DNA of 64,000 nucleotides from Octopus vulgaris (Eukaryota): NCBI GenBank assembly GCA_951406725.2, contig OX597830.1, positions 68,820,001 to 68,884,000 of the forward strand, read 5' to 3'. Shown piece by piece: positions 28,136 to 42,600 of this stretch (position 1 is its first letter; each line of letters starts with the position of its first letter). The notes under the pieces were generated by a model. It saw only the letters and a program-made list of their open reading frames with translations, ran no database searches and was not told where the DNA came from. The position numbers and the translations under genes were made by a program.

Positions 28136-28391
28136 TTATTTTCCCTGTCTTCCTTTTCTCTTGAATTTTACGCCATCTCCTGTTTCAGAAAAAGACCTTT
28201 GCTCGAAACGTAAAACACTTTTTCTTTCTTTCATTCTGTGAGCGTCTTATTAACAATTTGCATGTGTCAAGTCCTCGCGATATTGTTTTACTTGTCCTTT
28301 TAGTTCGTCTTTTTTTAATTAATTATATATATATAGGTACAACAAATTTGCCCATTTCTTTTTGCTGCATGGAAACACCTCTTTTGTGATT

Positions 28392-28445
<54 letters not shown>

Positions 28446-28908
28446 TGTGTGTATGTGTGTGTGTGCTTGTGTGTGTGTGTGCATGTGTGTTTGTGTGTGT
28501 GTATGAGAATAGAATAATTTCTAAGGTATAATTCCTGCTGTTCTTATTGTTTATCAATTGCTTCTGTTAAGTTTAATTTCTCCACCTTTTCTGCCATTTT
28601 CGGTATATTTCTACTTGCTTCTCTTTGAGGAATTGCCTCTTTCTGAATTCTCTCTTAATTTCTTGGCTTCCTTTGATCTTTGTTTATCTCTCAACCTTCA
28701 TCTCTAGCTAAATCATTTTTTTCTGTGCATAACTTTTCACCTTAAAGCTGAGTTTCTTTTCCATTGTCTCGATTTCTTTCCATGCAATAACACAGCTTTT
28801 CTATTCGACGTTCACAGTTAAAGGATAAAGACTTAAATATTCATCTTTATACACATCATGACAATTCATTTTACTAACCTGGAATTTTACAATCTATTGA
28901 TTTTGCAG

Positions 28909-28957
28909 ACTAGAACTTCAAGAAATGGCTCAGGTATCTGGTCAGAAAACCAAACAA
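28909..28957 (+). CDS. Micro-exon B1 (49 nt, phase 2->0); LELQEMAQVSGQKTKQ
   Basis: Branch-like ttactaac, acceptor gattttgcAG, donor GTAAGC. Flanks are homologous to B2 and B3. Length 3n+1; open in the frame set by A1. Confidence 0.75.
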
Positions 28958-29418
28958 GTAAGCTTTTTTTTTAATCTTAAAATATACTTGAATAGTTCTG
29001 AATTGTGATGGATTATTTCTTGAAAATTTCATCAAAGGATTTGCTTTAAATGAACGCTGTATATTCTGTTTATGAATAATTTCATATATATTCTCACATT
29101 GATACGACTGGTTGCTATCTTTTATACTGGTAGACCAAGCTATTATTTTTCAGACTGGTAGAGCTACCTGCAATTTTTGAAGAAGAAAGAACTCTCTTTT
29201 ATCTCTTTTTGGTAGATCCAGCTACTAAATTCTATATATTTACTGCAGGCTTCCATTTTGTTATATTATTACAGTCAGTGTAGTGGTTTTCATTTTAATA
29301 TCACTGGGGACACTTTTTAATATTAGAAAAACCAGCTTCTATATATCATATTATTAGAGATGGAAAGAATCATCGTATCATAAGTTAAACCAGTAGAGCC
29401 AGTTTCTAATTTCCCCAA

Positions 29419-29452
<34 letters not shown>

Positions 29453-29468
29453 GTATATGTATGTATGC

Positions 29469-29606
<138 letters not shown>

Positions 29607-29955
29607 ACATATGGTATAATTATAAACAGGGCAAAGTTTAGGCATTTCTCTACAGATTGAAAGAAATATAATGAACAACCTTAATTGATTTTCAACCCTT
29701 GTTGCGTTCTCATCAGAGGCGTCTACAATATTCTGACAGTCTCCAGGGAAGCAAGCAGCCAAACTATTTATATACTCAGCAAATGCAGCAGTTACTCTAT
29801 GTAAGAGTCCCTAATTTGCATACCGAAAGTATTCGACACTATAAGCACCAGCGGCAAGTCAATGGGTATGTATGTATGTATGTATGTATGTAAGTATGTA
29901 TATATACATATATATATATATACATAGATAATATACACAATCATATGTGCACACG

Positions 29956-30013
<58 letters not shown>

Positions 30014-30220
30014 TGTATGTGTGTGTGCGTGCATGTGTATGTTACACCGATCACAGGACTTTTGGCTTTATAGAAGAGAGTGAATGTTGACCTCAGAACA
30101 TGGAGGAGATTACATGGGATCAATATGACCTGCGTTCTGGTGGCGATGAAGTTGTTAAAAGCGTATTTGGCATCGTCTTAATTTTTGAAGCATTTCTTAC
30201 GCAAGAATATATGTCCGGTC

Positions 30221-31015
30221 TTCAATTGGGAAAATGTAGAATTAATATGTACACGCTTAAATAAACTTACATTAAATGATATTTATATGGTCATCATAAT
30301 TTTTTTAAAAAACCTTCTATAACTTATAGAACTATTTAATGTCTTTACTGTTTTCCTTCTTTGAATTTTAGGCTTTGGGAGTCTTTTGATGATTTCAGGA
30401 TGTGAACTTTATAATTCATTTATATATATATATAAATTGTGTTTCATATTGCATCTGATGATATTATTTTCCTAAAGATTTTATTTAATTATGCCTAAAT
30501 TAGTAAGATATTAGAAGGATCTGCACTGATATCATAAATATTGGACTTCATAAAAATAAAATAGTTGTAAATACGATTTCAGACCTTCATTTGAATTCAA
30601 TGATGCTAACCATGTTGAAATCTCTAAAACTAAATTGAAAATAAAACTGTTTATCTTTTATCTGTAAATGGATTTTTCTGTGTCTATATCCGTGTGTAGT
30701 TATTAGACTCTTAGATGTGGTTATTCGTTGCCTCTTGCTTACTACTGTTACTTATATACCTCCTCCTTCAAACATATATTTTACTTAAAACTTGTTTTCT
30801 ATACCTAGAAATACTAACCCAAACGTTTCTTTCAACAATTAACATTGTTTTTCCTCTTTTCTCTAGCCTGAAACAACAAAAACACAAATTCAAGCGCCTG
30901 TGGCATCGACATCTTTTGATATGTAAGTAGACAGACATTTCCAGATAAACTTTGTTCATCATATCGAAAGACACGCTAAATACCTACACATCTCGATATC
31001 TGATCCTTACAGAAT
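30221..31015 (+). repeat. Local duplication block around exon A2; paralog of 41523-42320 and, more diverged, 20200-20770
   Basis: By-eye alignment starting ttcaattgggaaaatgtagaattaatatg in both copies; roughly 95% identical upstream of the exon. Confidence 0.95.
30867..30922 (+). CDS. Micro-exon A2 (56 nt, phase 0->2); PETTKTQIQAPVASTSFD(I)
   Basis: Acceptor cttttctctAG, donor GTAAGT. About 645 bp of upstream intron is near-identical to that of A3. Confidence 0.78.
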
Positions 31016-32339
31016 GTACCAATCTCTCATCCACTTTGCACCTCCTATATTTATCACGTATAACTCGTTGCATGTAAATTTATTTATATGTAATTTGATA
31101 AGTATTTTTATATAAATTTCATATTTCTTCTATATTTCTATGTATGTTTGATTTCATTCTTTATAACCTTAGGGAATTTTCACGCCTGTACATGCATGAT
31201 TTATGTTGATGTGTATAAATATATATGATTCAACTACTTCGATTGAAATTTCTCCTTTATGCGTTCGGGAATCTGTTTGACTTACTAAAACTTGCGTTTT
31301 AAATTTTCACTGCTCCGTATTTTTTCGTGTAGGCTCTCTATGAGCACTCCGTAAATATCCCGTACATTTTAAAACATACTTACATACTTAATATATATAG
31401 ATATACACATATATGTGTGGGGGTATTTATTTATTATAGACTTTCTACTGACTCCTTCTCTCTCTTGTATTCCCAGCCTTTCTTCTTTCCCTTCATCCCT
31501 TACCTATTTTTCTTTGTCGTTCTCTCACCCTGCAATCTTTCTCCTCTGCCTGCTGTGTCGCGTGACCAACTGCCAGAACCCCTTTTTCTTCCCTTCTTAC
31601 ACTGGTCCCGTAGCTGAACAGTCGCAAATTTTCTGTCGCTATGTTTACCATCCTTCAAGACATTTTCTAAGCGTTACCTCCTCTCCTCGGTCCCAAGGCC
31701 CTATTTTGTTTGCGAAGTAGAAAACATATTTAAATGATTAAATGTTCACAAAATTCAATAATATCAGAAAATGATGGGCGAAGTATATAAAAGATGTGGA
31801 TCGCCAAAAGTTCAGCCATACTGAGTTAAGAGAGAAACAAATAAAGAAAGAAGAGAGTAAGCAAAAGGGATTTTGTTACAGTTTCTTTCATCTTGCACGT
31901 CGCGTAGAGGGTTTTTCGCCTGTAACGGACTGCTTTGGAATCAGTGTATCTATAATCTTTTCTGTGAAAGGATATAATTTTTGATTCGTTATAATTCTTA
32001 TTCTTATTCTTTCTGGAGACCAAGTTTGACATTCTGCCTGGTTGTCTTGCCTGTGGGGAATGGTCATGAATCGTTCCTGTTGTTTGATTCTCTTACCGAG
32101 TCAGTCTGTTTATTTTCTTGAGGGTCCAGTTCTGATCGGAGGTAAAATTTCATTGGTCTAGTGATAGGTTATTGCATGGTGATTTGGAGTTGCGGTTTCG
32201 AAAGCCGAAAGGAAGTTACATGCCGATCGGTTGAGATACTCCAACAGACAAAGTAGATGAAATATGCTTTGTTATTTGTGTGTGTTTGTTAACATTTTTA
32301 TTTAAGAAAAATAATAATAATAATAAAATAAGGTGATGA

Positions 32340-32530
32340 TAATAATCCTTTCTACTGTAGGCACAAGGTCTCGAGTTTGTGGGGAAGAGACTAGTCGGTT
32401 ACACCGACTCCAGTGTTTTTACTGGTACTTAATTTATCGACCCTCAAAAGGATGAAAAGCAAAGTCGGCTCGGTGGAATTTGAACTCCGAACGAAGCGAC
32501 GCGCTAACGATTCTGCCAGTTCGCCGCCTA
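32340..32530 (-). mobile_element. SINE family 2
   Basis: Reverse complement of aggcggcgaactggcagaatcgttagc...gttcaaattcc...gtcgataaattaagtaccag. Confidence 0.85.
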
Positions 32531-32659
32531 AAAGATAATAATAAAAGAAAGTATACAAAAATGTTAAAATATAAAATTTAATAAAAATGAAAATGAATAA
32601 TAGTAAATAATTAATATTGATAAAAATTAATAATTATAAAACTTAAAATATTCAGGCTA

Positions 32660-32990
32660 AGATAATAGTAGTCTATAGTATAAGATGTATAGAGGGATGA
32701 TGCAGTAACAAGACAACGACATACCTAGGGGAAACGGCACGAAGCATAGGAGAGCGGGTAAATGTACATTGGAGAGAACTTAAGGAGGGTAAAAGCTCAT
32801 CGATTCTGTACCAACACGCCGAGCAGGAACACGGAGGATCAATCAACAACAGAGATGTTAAAATCTTGTCTACGCATAGAACAGATGCAACAATCAGACA
32901 AATTACGAAAGCTACACACATAATAGAAGATAAACCTAGCCTGAATAGGAAACTGGAATGGAACGCTAGCACACACCACCACATATGACA
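32660..32990 (+). mobile_element. Penelope GIY-YIG endonuclease remnant
   Basis: IVVYSIRC...TYLGETARSIGERVNVH...HAEQEH...KPSLNRKLEW with one in-frame stop. Confidence 0.8.
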
Positions 32991-33854
32991 GTAGAGGATC
33001 CCCATAAACTGGTTACAATATAAACAAAACCGAAAACATAATGAATAAAATACACAGATAAATAAACAAATAGAAATAAATAACTATATAATCTCATTAT
33101 TAAATTTAAAAGATTTTTTTTTATTTTTTTTATTTTTAAATTTTTAAATGTTTTAAAATGTTTTATTATTATTTTTATTATTACTAGTATTGTTGTTATA
33201 CATACATACAAGCATACGTAATGATAATAATAATATGTGGATGTAAACACATGAACAAAATAAGAATAAATAAAACAAAAACAAATTACACGAACGTATA
33301 TAAACAGAAGATACAAATATTGCAGGCATCTCCACACATACACACACTAAATAAACATAGACGCACATAGAGATATAAGCATGCGCAAATGAAGACACAT
33401 ACAATAGAAATACAAAATGACTGACGGTCAGTAACGAGAGACACAAATAAGAAAGAAGAAAACAAAAGACCACTGCTGCGGTCACAGGAGTGTGACGAAA
33501 GAACTCTGGCCGAAATAAGATTAAGATTAATATAAAAAATAAATAACACTGAAGCAAAGTAACACCAAATATATAGTGCGTGTGTTTTTATTGGCTAAAC
33601 TGGCAAAATGACCATTCCGAAATATAACAATATTATCATTATTATTATTATTATTATTATTATGAAAACTCACAGTAGCTTATATGATGGTAAGTGTCAG
33701 TTGTCTACAATGGTGTAATGGAGTATATAACGCTCATTTCGACGGTGTTAAAACAACTTAGTCATAGACAGGCGAGATAACTCACCCTCATTCCCATTTT
33801 GGAATGATGGATATCGGTGTTTCACCATTTTTGTAGCTTTTCAACATTATATAA

Positions 33855-34145
33855 CAGGCTGGGCGCGATGGCAAAACGATTTCTTCTACTAAGGCCTCGG
33901 ACCGACCAAAGCCTTGTGAGTGGACTTGGTAGAGGGAAACCGAAGGAAGACCGTCGTATATTATGTATATGTGTATGTGTGTGTCTTCGTGTCTGTATTT
34001 TTCCTTCCACTATCGTCTCACAACCGACGTTGGTGTGTTTACGTTCTCGTAACTTACCGGTTCGCGGATAGACCTATAGAATAAGTACTAGACTTACAGA
34101 GAATGAGTCCCGGAGTTGATTTCCTCAACTAAAATTCTTTAAGGT
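33855..34145 (+). mobile_element. SINE family 1
   Basis: cttctactaaggcctcggaccgaccaaagccttgtgagtgga...agaataagtacta. Confidence 0.85.
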
Positions 34146-35556
34146 AGCCTTAAATAATGGAAATCCACCCCTCCAAAATATATAGATAATAGCAAAAATA
34201 AATTAGGGAAAATATTTAGTTGTAGAAAAATCGATTTATGCCCACTTGAAGGATTCTGTCTCCATAAAAATGTAGTATACGGATGTACAGTGGTATCAGA
34301 TAAATATCAGACTGGAACATATATAGTTAGTACTGTTGTATTTAAAAAAAAGTTATAGAACGCATTTAAATTCATTTACTAACATTAAATATAAAAATTC
34401 TACTACTTTACCCTCATATATACATAATTTAAGGAATAAGAGCATATATACTAGCAAACGGTCTCCCCTATAATGCTATAGGTAACAAATGTACTTTATG
34501 CATTAGAGAATCATACATTATTCTAAAATATTGCAATTCGGGCATATTAAATAAATTGTCTTATACCATTCATTCATGAACCCATAGATTTCACTCATCT
34601 TTCACGGAACTCTATAAGACGAGATACAAGGAATGAAGTATTTGGCAGTCCTGCTATTTCTGCTATTAGTAATTGATTATTCTCGGAATTTATTGGAAAA
34701 TCGATTGTTTTTAAAACTTCACCCATCATCCTACACTAGAAGTTTCCTTTTGTATATAAGGGTGAATCATCGTAAAAGTGGTCAGTATCTGATAGAGTAG
34801 CCGACGACCAACGTAATGTAACCAGAAATTTCCTTCCTTTCTTTTCTTTTCTCTTACATGTCTTCAAACTTGATTAATTATCTATTTTTTTATCCCTAGT
34901 AAAGGGGACATGTCAGTGTGAAACGAAAGGATTCATACCTACTGACTAATGGACTCCCAAAACGGCCGTCGAATTGCTTCATATTGATGTTGATAACCTC
35001 TATAAATCATTTCTTCGGAACTCTTCTAAAATTTTAAATCTATAATTAGGATTTCTAACTACTGTCGATGTATCTTATAACTATTAATCCTTGTTTCAAC
35101 GTCCTTTAACCTTAAATTTAATATATGTTATATCTGTGTATGTAGTTATGTATTTATTATGTTGATGTAAATCATAAATATGAAATGATTATTTCAATTT
35201 TTGTCTCTTCTTATACCAAGTTATACATCTCGGTTTCCACCTTAGCACTTCCAAGCAATCGAATAAAAAATCATTTTCGAAAGAAAAATAAGCAATATTA
35301 TTTCTGGCCGAAATCAGATCGCCATGTTGATTCGCTAGCCTCTGCACGCATTTTTTTTCTCTCCTTCTTTCTGTGTTTCTTCTCTGTGTATCTTTCTGTT
35401 GAAGAGCGTAGGCTCGAAACGTTAAAGACTTGTTTTATTTATATTTCCTGAGCGCCATACTAATACAATTGTTTGTTTGTATTCCACCTGCCTTCGTATT
35501 TTGTTTATTTCCGTAAACCTGCCTTCGTCTTTTATCTATTTTCATAAAGCTTCCCG

Positions 35557-35604
<48 letters not shown>

Positions 35605-37142
35605 TGGTATAGGTATTATGGTGATATTGGATTTTATATTCTATTTGAAGTAAAGTATTTTCCTTTGTTGATGTAATGTAACCATGTAGGTGTGATGTTT
35701 GCTTTAAAGTTACAAGTCATCCAGCAATTTTAGTGGCTCTGATTGTTTCTTTGTTTCTGTTTTTTCTTTTATACTTCACTCTTTCATAGTTTCTGTTGAC
35801 GACTTTGACCATTTTTAACTAAATTTGATAATATATCTTCAGTTCTAAAAAAATCAATTTTCTGGACATTTGAAATTATTATTTAGTCTCGAAGATATGT
35901 ATCAGATATTTATAAATATATGATATTAATTCTAACTTAGGCATTTGTCAGAGCCTTTTGTATTGAAGAAATGAAATGACGTTATAACGATAAGGAAAAG
36001 GAAATATTGAATCGGAAACTACAAAGGTGATTCCTGTAGATATAAAGGGAAAAGCGAAAACATTTTGGTTCCAACAAAAGCGATGCTCAAGTAAATCCGT
36101 GCAAACTAAGAACAATGTAAAGTGTGTTACTACCGTGTATTTAGTATAACTTTGAAATTTGCCCCATAAACGCTAAGTATCTCTACCAAATACATACAGT
36201 CAATTCAGAAATGTTTAACCTATCAGTTTATCTCTTCTAATGTTACTGTTTGTTTGTGTCTTAATATACATCTGAAGAAAATGTAGTGGATTAGCAGAAT
36301 TATAAAACGGTCAAACAAAATACCTTATGGTAATTGTTGAAATTTGAGGTTTTATTTTATGTAAGAAATCATACATTGAAGCAGAAGTTTTTCTAGAGAT
36401 GTGAATTGAATTAAGCAGATTTACTGTCTTTTACAGTTCATCATATCTAACACACCCACACATCCCACAAAACCGAGATAAATGGCAGAAGGCTATATAT
36501 CAAAACACAATAAAAATTGTACCAATTAAATGCCATTTAAAATTATAGAAATTTGATGACTTGATATTAATTACATGAGTATTTACACCCCAGACTTTAT
36601 GCGTAAATGTACATTTTGACGTGAAATGAAGTCTATGAACTATATTTTCAGCAGCTTGTAATAAAAATCAAACTGACGAGTTTTACTGTCTGAGCACTTC
36701 GTCAAGATTTGCTGACCTCTCTTTTGAAATAAAATTGTTCAAAGCTACTTATTGAAATGTATTCCTAATTTCACAACAGGTCTAAATACACAGAGATATT
36801 ACTCCATAAATTTATTCATACTCCTCACTGACTCTTTCTACCTTCTCCTCATATGCTCTTAGCTTTCCTCTCCACCTTTGTTCACCAGACCCTGACCATT
36901 CCTCTAGCCTCATTCTGACTCATTCTGACCTTAACTCCCTCTTGGTCATCCTTCTCATCACCTCCTATATTAGTCTTTCAATAATATTCCATTGTTTCTT
37001 GCTCCCAACCCATGCAACAATATCACTTTTCTCCTTTTCTTAACTTTTAGATGAAGTTCAAATGTCCAGAATGTTAACTACACTCCATATGACAAACAAC
37101 TTTCACTAATCTTAAACTTTCTCCTTGGTTCATTTTTTGTAG

Positions 37143-37212
37143 ATCACTATCTTCTGAGAGGAATTTAGAATCATTGGCTGAAGAAGACAGTCATAGAGAC
37201 GAAGAATCCCAA
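37143..37212 (+). CDS. Micro-exon B2 (70 nt, phase 2->0); SLSSERNLESLAEEDSHRDEESQ
   Basis: Upstream gacaaacaactttcactaat...cattttttgtAG, donor GTAATT. Downstream aatttcatcaa and ttatgaata blocks are shared with B1 and B3. Length 3n+1, open frame. Confidence 0.72.
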
Positions 37213-37569
37213 GTAATTTAATGTTTTTCATTTATTTCTCTATTACTTCTGTTTGCACAAATTATGACCAATGTGTGTTTTGGAATTTCATCAAAAACTC
37301 TGTATTAACAGTAACCTTATAAATTTTGCTTATGAATATCTTAATACATTTTCCAGTATACCAATGTACAGTTGATTATTATTTTTCACATATGTGAAGC
37401 AGCGTTCAATTTCTTGTAGTGATAGATTAGTTTACTATTTTACATAATCATTGAGCAAAATAAGTTTTCTTTATTAGAAGTGATAACTATTATATTACGC
37501 AATGGTTGAACCAGCTACTGACTTTTTTGTATAATTAGGGTAAATTAGAATTGATATATATATATATAT

Positions 37570-37862
37570 CACGTGATCATGTGACCGACCAGGCTATCAA
37601 ATGTTGCTATACATCGCTGGTCACAATGCGCTTCGCATTGATTTAGCCTTCAAATGACGCCACCCCGCTGGCTAAGTGAGCAGGCCAACAGAAGAAAGTT
37701 GCGGCGAAACAGTACAGCAGGGATCGCCACCACCCGCTGCTGGAATCTCGTGGAGCTATAGGTGTTTTCGCTCAATAAACACTCACAATGCCCGATCTGG
37801 AATCGAAACCGCGATCCTACGACCGCGAGTCCACTGCCCTAGCCACTGGGCCATTGCGCCTC

Positions 37863-37865
<3 letters not shown>
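37570..37865 (-). mobile_element. tRNA-derived SINE family 3, near full length
   Basis: Minus-strand head with A box TGGCCCAGTGG and B-box-like GTTTCGATTCC; flanked by (TA)n and (CA)n. Confidence 0.85.
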
Positions 37866-37895
<30 letters not shown>

Positions 37896-38257
37896 ATATA
37901 TATAGAGAGATAAAGAGAGAGATAAAGAGAGAGTGAGAGAGAGAGAGAATTGAAGGTGTTCGAGTCAAAAAGAAAGAGTACAGTTTGACATTATATATAT
38001 ATTTTTTTCAAACAATGAATGGCTTTGCGTAAACCATGGTCCGTTTTTATCTCTTACTTTATTATCATCTTATAATTATCTCATAATAATGACTTTTATG
38101 ACTCGTATTACTACCTCAGTCAATCTAAATGTATATATTTGTCGTTACCTGTCATAAATAGCCTTTTATTATTTGCCATGTGCATTTTCGTTGATTTTTC
38201 ATATCTTAACTTTACATTTCCACTTGTATTTTATATTTTATTTTTGTAACATATTTC

Positions 38258-38315
<58 letters not shown>

Positions 38316-40033
38316 ATAAAAATGGTAAGACTGCAAAAGAATGAAAGAGACCTTGATATTATGTAAATAGTGGAATTTATCTGTAAATATAATGTGACAA
38401 TTATTCAGTAGCCGTGATAAAACTCCGAGTTTCGGATGCCGAGGTGGAAATCCACGCCGCCATCTCATTTGTTTAACCGCATATTATAGGTTGACTCTCC
38501 ACCTTCCAACCTCCCCAATGACACATCTCAAGCCACGTCTGGTTCCTAGTGGTTTAGTATCCCTAAAATATGATGCACTTCATTACTCCTTATCTATAGC
38601 CATACTGCGCCTTTGTAATCCGATGTGACTTTTGTCTTGTTCCTCGCCTCCTCTCTAATTTCGTCAGAGAATTCTACTGACATTCTTTTCTATCGGTCTT
38701 TTGATGACTCTAACTCCTTCCTTATACCAATGCTTTCCTTCTTGTCATTATTTATAATACTAAGTCACTGTGGGTGCCCACCCCATCTCACTCCCCAAAC
38801 TCTTATTAGTTCACATACTGAATATTTCCTGAATATTTAGATATGCTGCTAGCTTGTGGTTTCTTTCTGCTTCAACTTTCTGTCTCTTAGGTTGATCACA
38901 TTTACCATATTTAAGAAGGAATACGTTAATTTTTTTACGCATCAAGAGTACATTCTAACTAGTGTGTGTGTGTGTGTGTGTATGAGTGAAAAATAGTTTT
39001 AGATTAAACTATAAGTAATAGCATGTAGAATGTTGGTTTGAACTTTCTGTAGCGCTATGCAAAATCAATGGGCACTATAAGCTGAGAAAGATTGGACCCC
39101 GTCTCAAACACCTCTTTATGGCTGATTAAAACTTTTCGCAAACGGCAGAGTCTGAAAAGGAAAGGCTGGTGTTGAGACTGTGCAAATGTGCAACAAGGAT
39201 ATAGTGACGGAAATACATATCTCGAAGTTTTCGGTGCTTACTTTGAAGCGGGAGAAAAGAGTAAAATGTAGGGGCAAAGAATTGCCAAACGGGGAGAGAA
39301 TGCGCATTACTGTTTCTTCACGGACTCTCGTTTATACATCAAGAATTATTATAAATACGAAAGAAACATCAACACATTCCACGGGCGGTGTTCTGCGAAA
39401 AGGTAAACGCTGTAAAGAATGACCCATAGCAAAACCAACCAACAGAAAGTTACTTGAAGCAATCAGTTGTTGAAAAATAATGGTGATGACGATGGTGGGG
39501 AAAGAAATCTTAACTCAGTTTATGCGACAGGAGTTCGCATAGAAAGTGTGGATGTGACAGAAAAAATGAGGTTGGGTCCTTAAGAGAAAGCCTCTCGCTC
39601 GGCATTGGTTCAATAAAGATGCAGATTGATCACAGCTGTTATCCTAATACAGCAACAGCAAATTATAGAGCAGGGAGGAGAACTGGTCCAACAAAGAAAA
39701 CGGGATTGTGTTGCAGTGCTACTTGGAAAGTGAACGTAATATACGTGTGTGTGTGTGGGGGGGGGTAGAAAGGGCTCCTTAGCCGTAGTGAAGGCAATCT
39801 ATCTAGGGAGATAACCTTACAATAAATCACTGGGTCCGTAGCTTAGAAATACTGGGTTGACGTCCAGCGGGAACAGCTTTGTTTCAGGGAGGAGGAAAGA
39901 TCTTCTTTAGTACTTGGTTGTACAATGCTTTCCGATGTGTGTAGTAGTGGCGCGCGCACACATTATTAGCCATTTGAAAAGACTATGAATGTCTCGACCA
40001 CGGTCGAACAATGATGATGATGATGTGTGTGTG

Positions 40034-40078
<45 letters not shown>

Positions 40079-40079
40079 G

Positions 40080-41200
40080 TTAGGTTGTCAGGAAATGATG
40101 TATTTTCAAATTAGTTTTCGGTAGATTTCTTTGACTTTAGATAACATTTTAAAGCTTGTTTTTCGCTCTATCTAATCGTGTTACTCTTTTTTTTTTTAAT
40201 AATTAGGCCATTTTTTCTGGAACGTTGAATACAACATGAACAAAAAGCCAAATTCGCATAAGTTTCTTATTGCAGTTCAAGTTAGGCCGAAAAGCTGCTG
40301 AAACAGCTCGCGATAGCAACGATGTGTTTGGCTCCACAGGAACCACTAATCAACGTACAGCACAATGGTGGTTCAAGAGATTTCGTAGCAGTGATGAGAG
40401 TCTTGAAGATGATAAGCGTAGTGGTCAGCGATCGGATGTTGACAACGATCAACTAAGAGCCTTAGTGAAAACCAATCCACACACATCTGCTCAAGAGCTT
40501 GCTTCTGAATTAGACGTAACGTAAACGACAATTTCCAACCACTTGAAAGAGATTGGAAAAACAAAAATACTCGAGAAATGGGTGCCGCACGAATTGAACG
40601 ACAACCAAAAAAGAAAGAAAACGCCGTTTTGAAGTGTCGTCTACCCTTCTTTTACGCAACAAAAACAACACATTTCTTGACCGGATTGTGACTTGCGATG
40701 AAAAGTGGAATCTTTACGACGACCGGCGACGCTCATCTCAGTGGTTGGACAACGACGAAGCTCTAAGGTACTTCCCGAAGCCAAAGTTGCACCAAAAGAA
40801 GGTCTTAGTGACTGTTTGGTGGTCTGCGGCCGGTCTCATCCATCACAGCTTTTTGGATCCCAAACCATTACGGCGGAGAAGTACTGTCAGTAAATGGATG
40901 GAATGCATAAGAAACTCCGACAACAATAGCCAGCATAGGTCAATAGAAAAGGACCAATTCTTCTCCACCACAACGCTCGGCCGCACGTTGCACAACTGAC
41001 CCTGCAGAAGTTGAATGAATTGGGCTACGAAACTCTGCCTCATCCGCCGTACTCACTAGACCTGTCTCCTACCGACTACCACTTTTTCAAGCATTTCGTC
41101 AACTTCCGTGAGAAATGCTTCAAAAAATAAGACGATGTCTGAGCCGAGATATGTGTATCTGAATTTAAAGGTTAAAAACCACTAGAGCTTTCTTGACAAA

Positions 41201-41204
<4 letters not shown>
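40080..41204 (+). mobile_element. mariner (DD34D) transposon with frameshifted transposase pseudogene
   Basis: HTH region QWWFKRFRS, then WVPHEL, IVTCDEKW, HHNARPH and YSLDLSPTDYHFF. Imperfect TIRs ttaggttgtcaggaaa / tttcttgacaaaccaa sit next to (TA)n. Confidence 0.92.
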
Positions 41205-41275
<71 letters not shown>

Positions 41276-41522
41276 GTACTCCAGTCAGGTTCGCTTTGTT
41301 GATTCCTATGTTGATCTTCTGGGAATATAGATGTTCTTGTCACTAGAACTAATACCCTAGTGTAGCAAGGAAGTGTTCGGATTAGGTTCATAAGTGAATA
41401 GTATTTGTGCAAGACACCTGCAATCATGGGTGAATTGAGAAAGATAAGTTAGTTCCTGTTTAGACTGCACAATCCTTGCAAAAGTTGTACAAATTTCATA
41501 TAAAATATTGTATAAAATTTTT

Positions 41523-42600
41523 TTCAATTGGGAAAATGTAGAATTAATATGTACACGCTTAAATAAACTTACATTAAATGATATTTATATGTTCATCATA
41601 ATTTTTAAAAAAAACTTTTTATAACTTATAAAACTATTTAATGTCTTTAATGTTTTTCTTCTTAGAATTTTTGTCTCTTGGGAGTCTTTTGGTGATTTCA
41701 GGATGTGAACTTTATAATTCATGTATACATATATAAATTGTGTTTCATATTGCATCTCATGATATTATTTTCCTAAAGATTTTATTTAATTATGCCTAAA
41801 TTAGTAAGATATTAAAAGGATCTGCACTGATATCATAAATACTGAACTTCATAAAAATAAAATAGTTGTAAATACGATTTCAGACCTTCATTTGAATTCA
41901 ATGATGCTAACCATGTTGAAATCTCTAAAACTAAATTGAAAATAAAACTGTTTATCTTTTATCTGTAAATGGATTTTTCTGTGTCTATATCCGTGTGTAG
42001 TTGTTAGACTTTTAGATGTGGTTATTCTTTGCCTCTTGCTTACTACTGTTACTTATATACCTCCTCCTTCAAACATATATTTTACTTAAAACTTGTTTTC
42101 TATACCTAGAAATACTAACCCAAACGTTTCTTTCAACAATTAACATTGTTTTTTCTCTTTTCTCTAGCCTCAAGCATCAGAAAGACTAATTCAACGGTAT
42201 TTTAAACCGACATTTGTTTCGGATATGTAAGTAGACAGACATTTCCAGATAACTTTTCTTCAACATATTGAAAGACCCACTAAGCACCTACATCTCTCGA
42301 TAATTGATTCTTAAAGAAATTAAAATATTGATTTTTATCCTGAGGTATTTGGACAATTTCAGTAATAATGAAATATTCAGTAAACCGCATCAAAACCACA
42401 ATATCACTGGTATTTATATAAAATAAAAGTGATGGAGTGGAGTAGGTTCAATGTTGAAGGGATGAACGCCTATAGAGGAGGGTTAAAAAGCAATATCTGG
42501 CAAGCATTTAATACAGCACCTTAAGTTCAGCAAAAATGACAACCATAAGGCAATTAGGGTTTTGATAATTTTGACCAATTTAAATTATTACAAATTAAAA
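41523..42600 (+). repeat. Local duplication block around exon A3
   Basis: Upstream part matches 30221-30866; downstream part matches the A1 downstream intron to about 21050. Confidence 0.92.
42168..42226 (+). CDS. Micro-exon A3 (59 nt, phase 0->2); PQASERLIQRYFKPTFVSD(I)
   Basis: Acceptor cttttctctAG, donor GTAAGT. Only frame 0 is open (the other two frames contain TAA), which fixes the reading frame of the model. Confidence 0.78.

Noticed and set aside
37790-37862. tRNA gene
   Set aside because: The cloverleaf is imperfect and continues into a SINE body, so it is a SINE head.
38415-38470. Minus-strand gatg..catccgaaactcggagt hammerhead-like half
   Set aside because: The CTGANGA core is missing.
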